Shown here one piece after another: positions 27,193 to 35,811 of a stretch of DNA of 64,000 bases. The DNA comes from a virus, in IMG/VR virus record IMGVR_UViG_3300045988_125802; one strand, written 5' to 3'. Position numbers and translations under genes: made by a program. Positions within the stretch are counted from its first letter, which is position 1, and the number at the start of each line of letters is the position of its first letter. Under the pieces are notes generated by a model, which did not search any database, was not told the DNA's origin, and was given only the letters and a program-made list of their open reading frames with translations.

Positions 27193-27634
27193 CGAAATTA
27201 CATTATGTATAAACATTACAGGATGTAAAAATGGATGCAAAAACTGTCATAGCTCTTACTTGGCAGAGGATATTGGTAATCCACTGAATAAGACAGTCCT
27301 CAGCAAACTTTTGGAAGATAACAAGGGAATATCTTGTGTGTCTTTCATGGGTGGTGATAGGGACACTATACATATAGTAGCTTTGGCAAGTTGGGTAAAA
27401 ACTCATACAAACTTAAAGGTTGCATGGTATAGTGGTAGGCAAGAGATTAGTGATATAGTAGCAAGGCAATTAAGGTGGTTTGACTACATTAAACTTGGAC
27501 CCTATAAGGAAGAGTTTGGTCCACTTAACAGTAGGACTACTAACCAGAGATTCTATAAGGTTAGTGATGGAGAATTAGTAAATATAACAAGCAGATTTTA
27601 TGACAGAAATTTGGAAACCTGTAGTGGGATATGA
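27146..27634 (+). CDS. nrdG: Anaerobic RNR activating protein NrdG (radical SAM)
   Basis: CINITGCKNGCKNCHS contains the CxxxCxxC radical-SAM cluster motif near the N-terminus. Size about 160 aa, adjacent to nrdD. Confidence 0.8.
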   Translation: MLKYLNTQVTFAEVPDEITLCINITGCKNGCKNCHSSYLAEDIGNPLNKTVLSKLLEDNKGISCVSFMGGDRDTIHIVALASWVKTHTNLKVAWYSGRQEISDIVARQLRWFDYIKLGPYKEEFGPLNSRTTNQRFYKVSDGELVNITSRFYDRNLETCSGI

Positions 27635-28139
27635 AAGTCAATATCAAGTATCAAACCTTGGCAATGTAAAATCCCTTAATAGGGGAATATTAATGTCTCC
27701 CTCTACTACTCCTAATGGATACTCTATAATTAATCTTAGTAATAATGGCAGAAGGAAGTGTTTTGCAATTCATAGATTAGTAGCTCAAGCTTTTCTGTCT
27801 GACTATAATGATTCACTAGAAGTTAATCATAAAGATGAGAATAAAGCTAATAATTCTGTAGAAAATCTTGAGATGTGTACTAGGCTATATAACATGAGAT
27901 ATGGCACTGGTATAATAAGACATGCTGAGAGTAAAAGAGCTAATAATCATAGAAAAGTATTACAGTATGATTTAGACGGAGGTTTAATTAAAGAGTGGGA
28001 GAATGCAAGAATAGCATCTGAAACTCTTGGAATTAGTCATGCTAACATCATAGTAGCCTGTAGAGGCTATTATACTAAGAATAGTAGGAAATATCCTGTA
28101 AAGTCAGCTTATGGGTATGTTTGGAGATATGCAGATTGA
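27600..28139 (+). CDS. HNH homing endonuclease, NUMOD4-like N-terminus (free-standing)
   Basis: EIWKPVVGYESQYQVSNLGNVKS; HRLVAQAF...VNHKDENKANNSVENLE. Overlaps the nrdG 3' end by 35 nt. Confidence 0.8.
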   Translation: MTEIWKPVVGYESQYQVSNLGNVKSLNRGILMSPSTTPNGYSIINLSNNGRRKCFAIHRLVAQAFLSDYNDSLEVNHKDENKANNSVENLEMCTRLYNMRYGTGIIRHAESKRANNHRKVLQYDLDGGLIKEWENARIASETLGISHANIIVACRGYYTKNSRKYPVKSAYGYVWRYAD

Positions 28140-28160
28140 TAAAATATAAGTTTTGGAAAC

Positions 28161-28691
28161 ATGAAACTGAAAATTAAAGTAAAAGTATTGACTGAGGGCT
28201 GTATGCCTGTAATTAGTGAGAATGGTGATTGGATTGATTTGAAATCGGCAGTAGATATTACTATTCCTGCACCACAGGCCAGTGTCCTTAAAAGGAAGAT
28301 TGTTGAAGGAGAGAGAGTAGGTCATAGGAATATAGAGATCTCTACCTATTATATCCCTCTCGGAGTTGCAATGCAACTACCTAAAGGATTTGAAGCTATT
28401 ATTGATTCAAGGAGCAGTGGTCCTAAGAAGTTAGGATTGTTCATCCCAAATGGTCAAGGTGTAGTGGATAATACATATAATGGTAATAATGATCAATGGC
28501 ACTATGTATGTTCTCCTATGAGAGAGACTACTATTGAAACTGGCAATAGGATCTGTCAATTTAGGATACAGCTTAGTCAGAAAGCTACTATGTGGCAGAA
28601 GATTAAATGGCTATTAAGCTCTGGTGTTAAGCTTGTGGAAGTAGATAATCTAGGCAATAGTGATAGGGGAATGAATATAACTGGTATATGA
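28161..28691 (+). CDS. dut: dUTPase (trimeric dUTP pyrophosphatase family)
   Basis: DLKSAVD, IDSRSSGPKK (motif 2 RSS), GQGVVDNTYNGNND (motif 3 GxxDxxYxG) and ICQFRI. Confidence 0.8.
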   Translation: MKLKIKVKVLTEGCMPVISENGDWIDLKSAVDITIPAPQASVLKRKIVEGERVGHRNIEISTYYIPLGVAMQLPKGFEAIIDSRSSGPKKLGLFIPNGQGVVDNTYNGNNDQWHYVCSPMRETTIETGNRICQFRIQLSQKATMWQKIKWLLSSGVKLVEVDNLGNSDRGMNITGI

Positions 28692-28695
28692 TAAT

Positions 28696-28884
28696 ATGGA
28701 AGGTTACTTAGAATATAAGTCTGACAAAGTATACGAAGCAAAATGTGAGAATTCACCATATGCCTATTCGTGTGAGGGATTTAAATATATAATTCCCCCT
28801 AAAAAGTCAGAATTTGACCCAGTAGGGGCTTTTATTGATAAATTATCTCTCTCTATTGTATTGAAAGAAAAAGAGAATAACTAA
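28696..28884 (+). CDS. Hypothetical protein (62 aa)
   Basis: Short ORF filling a gap. No motif recognised. Confidence 0.4.
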   Translation: MEGYLEYKSDKVYEAKCENSPYAYSCEGFKYIIPPKKSEFDPVGAFIDKLSLSIVLKEKENN

Positions 28885-28920
28885 TCTTTATTATAAGAAT
28901 TAAAAAAAAAAGAATGAAAC

Positions 28921-29415
28921 ATGGTATTAGAAATAATTGGTATTATGCTCTCAGTGGCTCTTCTAACTGTTGTTATCAATGGAGTAGAAAGCCATTGTAA
29001 ACTTAGTAAAGGAGTAATGTCCTTTAAAGAGGCTATGGATCTTGTAGAGTTGCCTGTAGTAACATTTCTTAATGGAAAGAAAAAGCTCAACTTTCTACTA
29101 GATACTGGCAGTAATATTTCTCAAATTAATAGTTCTGTTCTTCCTCTTCTTGACTATAAGAAAATAGATGGAAAGGATATGGATGTGATGGGAATTGAAG
29201 GTAATAAGGTAAATACTAAATTTTGTGAGATGATAATTACCTATAAGGGACAGGACTTTATAAACGAGTTTTGTATTCATAATTTAGATGAAGCATTTGC
29301 TATTATTAAAGAAGAGTCTGGTGTGCAAATTCATGGTATCCTTGGTAGTTTATTTTTCCAGAAATACAAGTATATTCTTGATTTTAACTCATTAATAGCA
29401 TATAATAAGAAGTAG
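28921..29415 (+). CDS. Retropepsin-like (clan AA) aspartic protease with an N-terminal TM anchor
   Basis: LNFLLDTGSNISQI (DTGS catalytic motif, 29101-12) and HGILGSLFFQKY (the GILG-type C-terminal motif of retropepsin-like domains). N-terminal hydrophobic helix MVLEIIGIMLSVALLTVVI. Confidence 0.6.
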   Translation: MVLEIIGIMLSVALLTVVINGVESHCKLSKGVMSFKEAMDLVELPVVTFLNGKKKLNFLLDTGSNISQINSSVLPLLDYKKIDGKDMDVMGIEGNKVNTKFCEMIITYKGQDFINEFCIHNLDEAFAIIKEESGVQIHGILGSLFFQKYKYILDFNSLIAYNKK

Positions 29416-29430
29416 GGAAAGGAACAATAT

Positions 29431-29700
29431 ATGGAAGATACTATAAAACTTAAATCCAGGTACAGAGCTAGAAATTATCTGGAGAGGATACAGAATCTTG
29501 GAGATATTAAGTCCAAGACTTATGCTCTTAAGACTGATACACCTTCATTGAGAATAGGAGAGACTAACAAAGGTGATAAATTTATTGACCCATCAGGAGG
29601 ACCTATGATTATAGAGAATCATTATCTTGAGGAAGCTGGGGCAACTGTCAAATCTATAGACTTTATAGTGGGATATGGGTGGACTATAACATTGGAATAA
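29431..29700 (+). CDS. Hypothetical protein (89 aa)
   Basis: ORF abutting the polA start. No motif recognised. Confidence 0.5.
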   Translation: MEDTIKLKSRYRARNYLERIQNLGDIKSKTYALKTDTPSLRIGETNKGDKFIDPSGGPMIIENHYLEEAGATVKSIDFIVGYGWTITLE

Positions 29701-29701
29701 T

Positions 29702-31867
29702 ATGATATACTTTGTTACTGGACAGAGAGAGCTATTTGAATTTCCTGATTCAAAGTATAAATGTATCTCTGTAGAAGAATCTCTTGAAATATTGGAGCAT
29801 CTTCGCATTGTAGGGTTAGATACTGAAACTACAGGTACAGAGATATGGCAGGGTAAATTGCTTACTCTTCAGCTTGGCAATAAGGAGGATCAGGTAGTAA
29901 TAGACTGCATGACTATCAGTATTAAGCAATACAAAGATTATCTTGAGAGTGACAGACTTTTTATTATTCATAATGCAAAGTTTGATTTGAGATGGTTATA
30001 TAAGGAGCATATTGTAGTCAGAAATGTTTATGATACTTATTTAGCCGAAAAGATCCTATTTCTTGGATTCCCTCCAGGTATTGTATCACTCTCTTTACAA
30101 GCTTGCTGTAATAGGTATTTGAATATCTATCTTGACAAAACTGTAAGAGGACAAATACATGCTGGTATGACAGAGGAAGTCATAGTTTATGCTGCAAATG
30201 ATGTGGTGCATCTTGAGGATATTATGAACTTGCAGACAGTTAGAATTAATGCAAGAGGTCAGTCAGTGGCACTTTCTATTGAAAATGAATTTGTAAGAGT
30301 TCTTGCATATATTGAATTTTGTGGTATTAAACTTGACCCCGTTAAATGGAAAGCTAAGATGGCCAAAGATGCAGAGAGGTTAAAGGTTACTGAGCAAAAG
30401 CTTAATGATTGGGTAATAAACTATGTAATGGAGAAGAATGACCCTTCTCTTATTGCAAGAAACTATGACCCTCATAAGAAAGGTAAGTCTGTTAAACTCC
30501 CAGACAATGTGTATGTAGTAATACCTACCCCTTCATTATTTTCTGAATTTGATACTGGGCCTCAATGTGTTATTAACTGGAATAGTTCCAAGCAAGTAAT
30601 CAAATTGTTTGAGGAACTTGGATTTGACTTATTAGTTAAAGATAAAAAGACAGGTAAAATGAAAAAATCTGTGGAATCCAAGTTTATAGAATTGCAAGCA
30701 GATAAGAGTACTATTGTTCCTTTATATCTAGAGTATTCAGCAGCTTTTAAGGTAGTAACATCTTTTGGTCAAAACTTCCTTGATGCTATTAATCCTGTTA
30801 CAGGTAGAATACATCCAACATTTAATCAGATGATGGATACTGGTAGATTATCTTGTGGGTCAGGAGGTAAAGGTAAGGGAGGTAAGACTAAGGATGACGA
30901 TATTGCGGAGGAGGAAGATGATAACAAAAACACTTCTATTCAATCAAATGATAAGAGTGTTAATGTTCAGCAGCTTCCTGCTACAGAAGAAACAAGAGCA
31001 GCGTTTATTCCAGATAAAGGACACATGTTAATAGATTGTGATTATGGAGATCAAGAAGGCCATGTATTCACTGAGTTATCAGGAGATGAGGAATGGATTG
31101 CATTCTATAATGACCCTAGCCAAAGAGATGGACATTCTTTTGTAGCCAAGATGTGTTTTCCTAAGGATCTTGATGGGGTTGCAGAGAAGGATGTCAAGAA
31201 GGTAAGGAAAGATCTTAGGGATTTAGCTAAGAAGGCAAGGTTCTGTTTCAATTATAATGGTCAAGCTCCTACAATGGCAACTAATTGTAATATTCCTATA
31301 GACTTTGCAACTAAGATTTATAACAACTATTTCAAGAGATTTAATGGTATAGCAAACTATTTCAAGGTTCAGAAAAGGGACATGTGGAATAGAGGTTATA
31401 TCTTGATCTCTAAGATAACTGGATTAAGGGCATATATCTATGACTATCCTATACTGAAAGGTATTGAAAAGAGAAAGAATAGTATGGAAGATTTCTGGGA
31501 TATATACAAAGCTGCAAGAGATAGCGGTAGAGTAATATCTGAAATTCCACCATCAGTTATGCAAGAGATTGCCAAAAGATTTGCTGAAGGCAAACCTATT
31601 GAAGAAATAGCTGTTAGGTATTTATATAAGGTTAAAAAGGCAGGTAAGATAGAGGAAAGATTTATAGACATTAACAGGGAAACTGTATATGTGTCTGTAA
31701 TGAAACACTTATGGAAGAGAAAGAGTGCTTCTGATAATCAGTCATGCAATTATCCAAGTCAGGGGATAGCCGCAGCTATGACAAAAATAGCAGGAATCAG
31801 ATATTTTAATCATTTGGTAAATGATAATTTGATATTCAAAGTATTGATACCTAATGATGTACACGAT
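29702..31867 (+). CDS. polA: Family A DNA polymerase with 3'-5' exonuclease domain, exon 1
   Basis: Exo I VGLDTETTG, Exo II IIHNAKFDLRWL, Exo III YAANDVVHL. Pol motifs TGRLS...NVQQLP, LIDCDYGDQE (motif A), RDLAKKARFCFNYNG (motif B). The frame ends just after NDVHD, the first part of motif C (VHDE). Confidence 0.9.
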
Positions 31868-31957
31868 AGAATACTTGTTGTGTATAAACTGTGTTAATTG
31901 CTGGAAACTCCTAAAGAAGTAAAGTACTATACATTTGTATATGTGAAAATCTTTACT

Positions 31958-31965
31958 TATCTTTG
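31958..31965 (+). promoter_or_regulatory. Candidate -7 box (TAtcTTTG) inside the intron, upstream of the LAGLIDADG ORF (a second TAcaTTTG at 31930-31937)
   Basis: Matches TAnnTTTG, 13 nt before the ATG at 31979. Confidence 0.35.
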
Positions 31966-31978
31966 TACATTAAATTGT

Positions 31979-32683
31979 ATGAACAATATGAGTACAAGAA
32001 TGGACAATCAGCAGCTTTATCTAAATGATAAGCAAATTCAAGTTATTGTAAGTGGTAAATTTGGAGATGGATATTTATATCCTGAAGGTGACAGGTCATA
32101 TTACATGACTAACTGCAAGTATAAAGAATATCTCCAGTATAAAAAGGACTTATTGGGAGAGTTATGTGACACTACCAATATAAACAGTATTGAATATAAT
32201 GGATTCTTAGGTACTAAGATTTACACTCTTAAAACTAAGAGGGATGAATCAATTGGTTACTTGAGAGATTTAAGCCTTGAAGATTCGTTAGAGTTAATGA
32301 ATGATTTAGGACTGGCATTATGGATATATGATGATGGTAGTTTGCATAAGAATAAGTTATTCTACAACATAAATACTCAAGGATTTCCAAAAGAAATTCA
32401 GGAAGAGCTATTTATACCTTTCTTTAATAGGTTCAACATTTACCCAAAACTTACAGTGGAGAGAAAAAGAGATGGGAGGGAGTTTTGGTATCTTAGAATT
32501 TCAAAGTATGAAGGTGCTTATGAAATCTCCAAGGTACTGGAGAAGTATCCTATTGAATGTTATGCTTACAAGAGATGGAGTTCAGAGACTATCCAGAAAT
32601 GGAGTAAGCTCCAAGAGGAGCTGAAAAACACAGATATAGATAGGAGAACTTTAGCAGCAATGCTAAAGAAAGTGTCTATATAA
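31979..32683 (+). CDS. LAGLIDADG homing endonuclease (double-motif, intron-encoded)
   Basis: Two LAGLIDADG-like motifs: IVSGKFGDGYLY and GLALWIYDDGSL. The track begins at a TTG (31898); I prefer the in-frame ATG at 31979. Confidence 0.75.
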   Translation: MNNMSTRMDNQQLYLNDKQIQVIVSGKFGDGYLYPEGDRSYYMTNCKYKEYLQYKKDLLGELCDTTNINSIEYNGFLGTKIYTLKTKRDESIGYLRDLSLEDSLELMNDLGLALWIYDDGSLHKNKLFYNINTQGFPKEIQEELFIPFFNRFNIYPKLTVERKRDGREFWYLRISKYEGAYEISKVLEKYPIECYAYKRWSSETIQKWSKLQEELKNTDIDRRTLAAMLKKVSI

Positions 32684-32752
32684 GATATAGTCCGACCTTA
32701 TAGGAAACTATAAGAGAATAAGTGGATTCGACTTATTCGTAACATTAAAATG

Positions 32753-32896
32753 GAGTATCTGATAGAACCACCTGAGGAAATTGCAGAGCAGGAAGCCAAG
32801 AAGTTAAGTGAGTGTATGGAGTATGCAGCAGCAATCTTCTGTAAGAAAGTAACTATTAAGGCAGTACCTGAAATTGGTTCATGTTGGATTCATTGA
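32753..32896 (+). CDS. polA: Family A DNA polymerase, exon 2 (47 aa C-terminus)
   Basis: EYLIEPPEE...VTIKAVPEIGSCWIH* resembles the Pol I C-terminus (VHDELVFE....V.VG.G.NW..AH*). In frame, with stop TGA at 32894-32896. Confidence 0.8.
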   Translation, partial: EYLIEPPEEIAEQEAKKLSECMEYAAAIFCKKVTIKAVPEIGSCWIH

Positions 32897-32941
32897 ACCC
32901 TAAGTAATTTGTTTTTGGTCTTGCATATTTGAATTTATTTG

Positions 32942-32949
32942 TATCTTTG
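32942..32949 (+). promoter_or_regulatory. Candidate -7 box (TAtcTTTG)
   Basis: Matches TAnnTTTG in the 300-nt gap after polA, followed by an A9 tract and a 42-codon ORF. Confidence 0.4.
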
Positions 32950-32962
32950 CAAAAAAAAAGAT

Positions 32963-33091
32963 ATGAGAGTAAAACAAATAGCAGGACCAAATCAAACAAA
33001 GGCTTGTCCTATAAGAGGGTTCACAAAGGTAGTAGAGTTTAAGGTTTCTATTGTAACAGGTATAATGAGACCATGCTATCTATGTGAATGA
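32963..33091 (+). CDS. Possible small Cys-containing protein (42 aa)
   Basis: ATG directly after the A9 tract. Sequence has ACP...PCYLCE. Below the track cutoff; weak support. Confidence 0.25.
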   Translation: MRVKQIAGPNQTKACPIRGFTKVVEFKVSIVTGIMRPCYLCE

Positions 33092-33193
33092 TAAAGGAAG
33101 GCATATCAGCATACCTTAGAATCTTGAATGTGTAATTGCTCGAAAACTAATTAAAGAGAATAACTTGATAACAGACATTAAAAGAAAGAAAAA

Positions 33194-33553
33194 ATGACTG
33201 AAAGTGGATATTATCCCCTAGGGACAGAACATAGCTCTAATGCACCTTGGAATCAGGTTGATAACCCTGAAAGGGAAATTGAGGTTACAGTAAGTATAAC
33301 CCTTAGTAAAACTGTCAAGATTAAAGTTTCCGATTACGAAATTATTGATTCTGGAAAGGATGAAGATGGTGAGTATTTTGAAGATATAGACTACTCAAAC
33401 TGTGACCTTAAAGGTGCAGTAGAAGAGCAAGTTATATTGCCTCAAAAAGCTTGGGACTATATAACTCCTAAATCAAAGAGAGATGTCAATGTTATCTCTG
33501 ACTTAAAGGGCTGGAATGTTGATGACTTTGAAGTTATCTATGACAATTTATAA
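33194..33553 (+). CDS. Hypothetical acidic protein (119 aa)
   Basis: ORF. No motif recognised. Confidence 0.55.
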   Translation: MTESGYYPLGTEHSSNAPWNQVDNPEREIEVTVSITLSKTVKIKVSDYEIIDSGKDEDGEYFEDIDYSNCDLKGAVEEQVILPQKAWDYITPKSKRDVNVISDLKGWNVDDFEVIYDNL

Positions 33554-33572
33554 CTATTAGTTCTATATATTT

Positions 33573-33755
33573 ATGGAGGATGAGAATAACATCAGATATT
33601 GCTGTAGTGAGTGTGGTGGAACCAACATTCAAGTAAGGGCATGGATAGATGCCAACACTAATAAATATATAAGTGATATAGATGATGGGGAGTGTTGGTG
33701 TGCAGACTGCATGGATTATACTAAAATTGAAGAATATGAGGTACATAGTAATTGA
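33573..33755 (+). CDS. Small zinc-ribbon protein (60 aa)
   Basis: CCSECGG...CWCADC gives two CxxC pairs. Confidence 0.45.
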   Translation: MEDENNIRYCCSECGGTNIQVRAWIDANTNKYISDIDDGECWCADCMDYTKIEEYEVHSN

Positions 33756-33888
33756 AGATTTTAATGATAATATTGCCATAGTAAGTGATCCTGAGACTGG
33801 TGAAGTAAAGGTATTTGATACTGAAGTAGAGGCACAGGAAGAAGCAGATAAGTGCCAACATGGTATAATAGTAAACTTAGGTAAATAA
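33736..33888 (+). CDS. Hypothetical small protein (50 aa)
   Basis: In frame with track ORF 33682..33888. The ATG at 33736 reduces the overlap with the previous ORF. Confidence 0.35.
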   Translation: MRYIVIEDFNDNIAIVSDPETGEVKVFDTEVEAQEEADKCQHGIIVNLGK

Positions 33889-33890
33889 AT

Positions 33891-34811
33891 ATGAAACTTA
33901 TAAAACCATCATTTGAAATTTGGGAACAGCCTAATGGACTTGAAGGAATTTATAAACAGATCGAGAAAGCTGGAAGAATCTGTTATAAATCGGAAGATAG
34001 AATAACAGAAGATTCTGCTAAAGGATTTGTGGATAGAATGATTAACTCTAAACATTTATCTACTTTGGAGCATGGTACTGTGTATCTTAAAATAGATAAT
34101 AGAGATGATGTCTTGTATAAGCATTATCTTGAGGCCTCTACCTACTATTATGACAATCCTTATTCAAAAGTAGAAACAAATAAACTTGAAAGTTCTCATA
34201 CCCCTATTCACTATGTAACTACTAACTTTAGGGTGTTGATAGAGAATGACAGACTTAGTGATTTGAAATATATTTGTGAACCTACAGAGTATCATGAAAA
34301 GAGAGTAACTGTACACTTTGTATGTGATAGGGGTGTATCCCATGAATTTGTAAGGCACAGAGTAATGTCTTTTGCTCAGGAAAGTACAAGGTATTGTAAC
34401 TATTCTAAAGATAAGTTTGGTAATGAACTTACCTTCATTATTCCTGAATGGTGTCCTGAAATTAGAGAGAATTCTAACAAAGGATGGGATCCTTGTAGTA
34501 TGTATGACAAGTTGTATCTACAGCATCTTCAAAGTGCAGAAGATAGCTATTTTGCTCTACTAAAGCAATGGGATGAGAGAGTACCAGATAAGAGATATAA
34601 ATCTGGATTCAGAAATAATCCTTGGGTGCCTCAGCAGGCAAGAGCTATCTTGCCTAACTCCTTAAAGACAGAATTAGTTGTCACTGGATTTGTATCTGAT
34701 TGGGAACACTTTTTTGCATTAAGGTGTGATAATTCAGCCCATCCACAGGCTAGAGAATTAGCCATTCCTTTGAAAGATGAATTTATTAAGAAGGGCTATT
34801 TAAATGGATGA
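33891..34811 (+). CDS. thyX: FAD-dependent thymidylate synthase ThyX
   Basis: ThyX signature RHRxxSxxxxSxR in FVRHRVMSFAQESTRYC, plus a C-terminal ALRCDNSAHPQ-type segment. Confidence 0.9.
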   Translation: MKLIKPSFEIWEQPNGLEGIYKQIEKAGRICYKSEDRITEDSAKGFVDRMINSKHLSTLEHGTVYLKIDNRDDVLYKHYLEASTYYYDNPYSKVETNKLESSHTPIHYVTTNFRVLIENDRLSDLKYICEPTEYHEKRVTVHFVCDRGVSHEFVRHRVMSFAQESTRYCNYSKDKFGNELTFIIPEWCPEIRENSNKGWDPCSMYDKLYLQHLQSAEDSYFALLKQWDERVPDKRYKSGFRNNPWVPQQARAILPNSLKTELVVTGFVSDWEHFFALRCDNSAHPQARELAIPLKDEFIKKGYLNG

Positions 34812-35031
34812 GAGGGAGAAAATATTTGAAGAAATAAATAGTTGTACTAATCCGTCATCTATAAAAGATGAATACCTGAGTAATAGTAATCATGTAGCAA
34901 GATTTAAAAACATATTTGCTTTCCTGGATGTGTGTAAATCAAGAAGAGTTACCACAGAAAATAGTATTACCTATTATGATGAAACAGAAGGTTATATGTA
35001 TATTAAATTCCCATTTATAGGATGTTGTTAA
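34804..35031 (+). CDS. Hypothetical protein (75 aa)
   Basis: ORF overlapping the thyX end. No motif recognised. Confidence 0.45.
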   Translation: MDEREKIFEEINSCTNPSSIKDEYLSNSNHVARFKNIFAFLDVCKSRRVTTENSITYYDETEGYMYIKFPFIGCC

Positions 35032-35053
35032 CCATTAAAAAAAATTATTCAAT

Positions 35054-35680
35054 ATGATAGAAAAAGTATCACAATTAAAAGAAGGTTCAGTGATTAGTGA
35101 AAGTTCCCACTATATTATAAATAGATTATCAGGCTCTACTGTGTATCTTACTCACTTTGAAAGTGGTGAAGAGGTACAGATAGGTATCGATTACTTAAAG
35201 AGCTATACTAACTCTGCTGACTTATACACTACTGAAGTAAAAGTAACTAAGGAAGATAAGAAGGATGGTACTCTTGGTATTAGAAGTATTTGGGAGAACA
35301 TTCACTCTGGTCAGGTATTTACTGTATGCTTCAAGAAGCAGGATAAGCCTAAGAGTAAGAGGAAGTTACAGGAAGAGATTGATGCTATTGTAGAGCAGTT
35401 CTCAAATAGTATTGATACAGTTAAGAACAATAAGAAAGGTGTTGCAAATGCAGCAAAGAATCTTATTACTGAGCTGGTTAATAACCCTGTACTTCCTTAT
35501 GAAGAAGGTGAAGATAGAGTTCTTAGAGGCTATAAGATTCAATTTGAATCAAGAGATGGCAGATATGATTGTGTAGATATGGATATTCAAAGGACTGATA
35601 AGGAAAATGGTATCAGACCTGTCAATATTTTGACCATTAAGTGGCTAATCTATAATGGTGTGAAATATACTGTAGAATAG
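35054..35680 (+). CDS. Hypothetical protein (208 aa)
   Basis: ORF preceded by an A8 tract. No motif recognised. Confidence 0.6.
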   Translation: MIEKVSQLKEGSVISESSHYIINRLSGSTVYLTHFESGEEVQIGIDYLKSYTNSADLYTTEVKVTKEDKKDGTLGIRSIWENIHSGQVFTVCFKKQDKPKSKRKLQEEIDAIVEQFSNSIDTVKNNKKGVANAAKNLITELVNNPVLPYEEGEDRVLRGYKIQFESRDGRYDCVDMDIQRTDKENGIRPVNILTIKWLIYNGVKYTVE

Positions 35681-35706
35681 AATCTATTGATTCATATAAT
35701 TCTAAT

Positions 35707-35750
35707 AAGGGAGAGTAAGTCTTTAACTTACTCTCCCTTAATTCTTTTTA
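35707..35750 (+). terminator. Rho-independent terminator closing the early/replication module
   Basis: Perfect 14-bp stem AAGGGAGAGTAAGT (35707-35720) / ACTTACTCTCCCTT (35726-35739), loop CTTTA, followed by AATTCTTTTT. Confidence 0.7.
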
Positions 35751-35781
35751 ATATAATATTGCACATACCAACTAAAATAAT

Positions 35782-35789
35782 TACCTTTG
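35782..35789 (+). promoter_or_regulatory. Candidate -7 box (TAccTTTG) for the giant-ORF operon
   Basis: Matches TAnnTTTG, 22 nt upstream of the ATG at 35812 and directly after the strong terminator. Confidence 0.5.
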
Positions 35790-35811
35790 CACAAATGATA
35801 CTTTTAATTAT

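Larger units (their letters stand above)
31868..32752 (+). mobile_element. Group I intron in polA carrying a LAGLIDADG endonuclease ORF
   Basis: Exon end CACGAT (31862-31867) pairs with GTTGTG (31877-31882), giving P1 with a U-G at the splice site. S-like AAGATATAGTCCGACC at about 32684-32699. G at 32752 precedes GAG TAT CTG ATA GAA, which restores VHD-E-YLIE. Confidence 0.75.

Noticed and set aside
28914-28920. ATG at 28914 directly after the A10 tract as the start of the aspartic-protease gene
   Set aside because: It is in a different frame that closes after about 29 codons. The protease frame begins at the ATG at 28921.
31898-31978. TTG start at 31898 for the LAGLIDADG ORF (and TTG starts at 24542 and 47316 for the HNH ORFs; GTG at 59582)
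   Set aside because: The N-terminal extensions are non-conserved-looking and overlap intron 5' structure or promoter boxes. In-frame ATGs (31979, 24596, 47364, 59474) coincide with the start of the conserved endonuclease or protein sequence.
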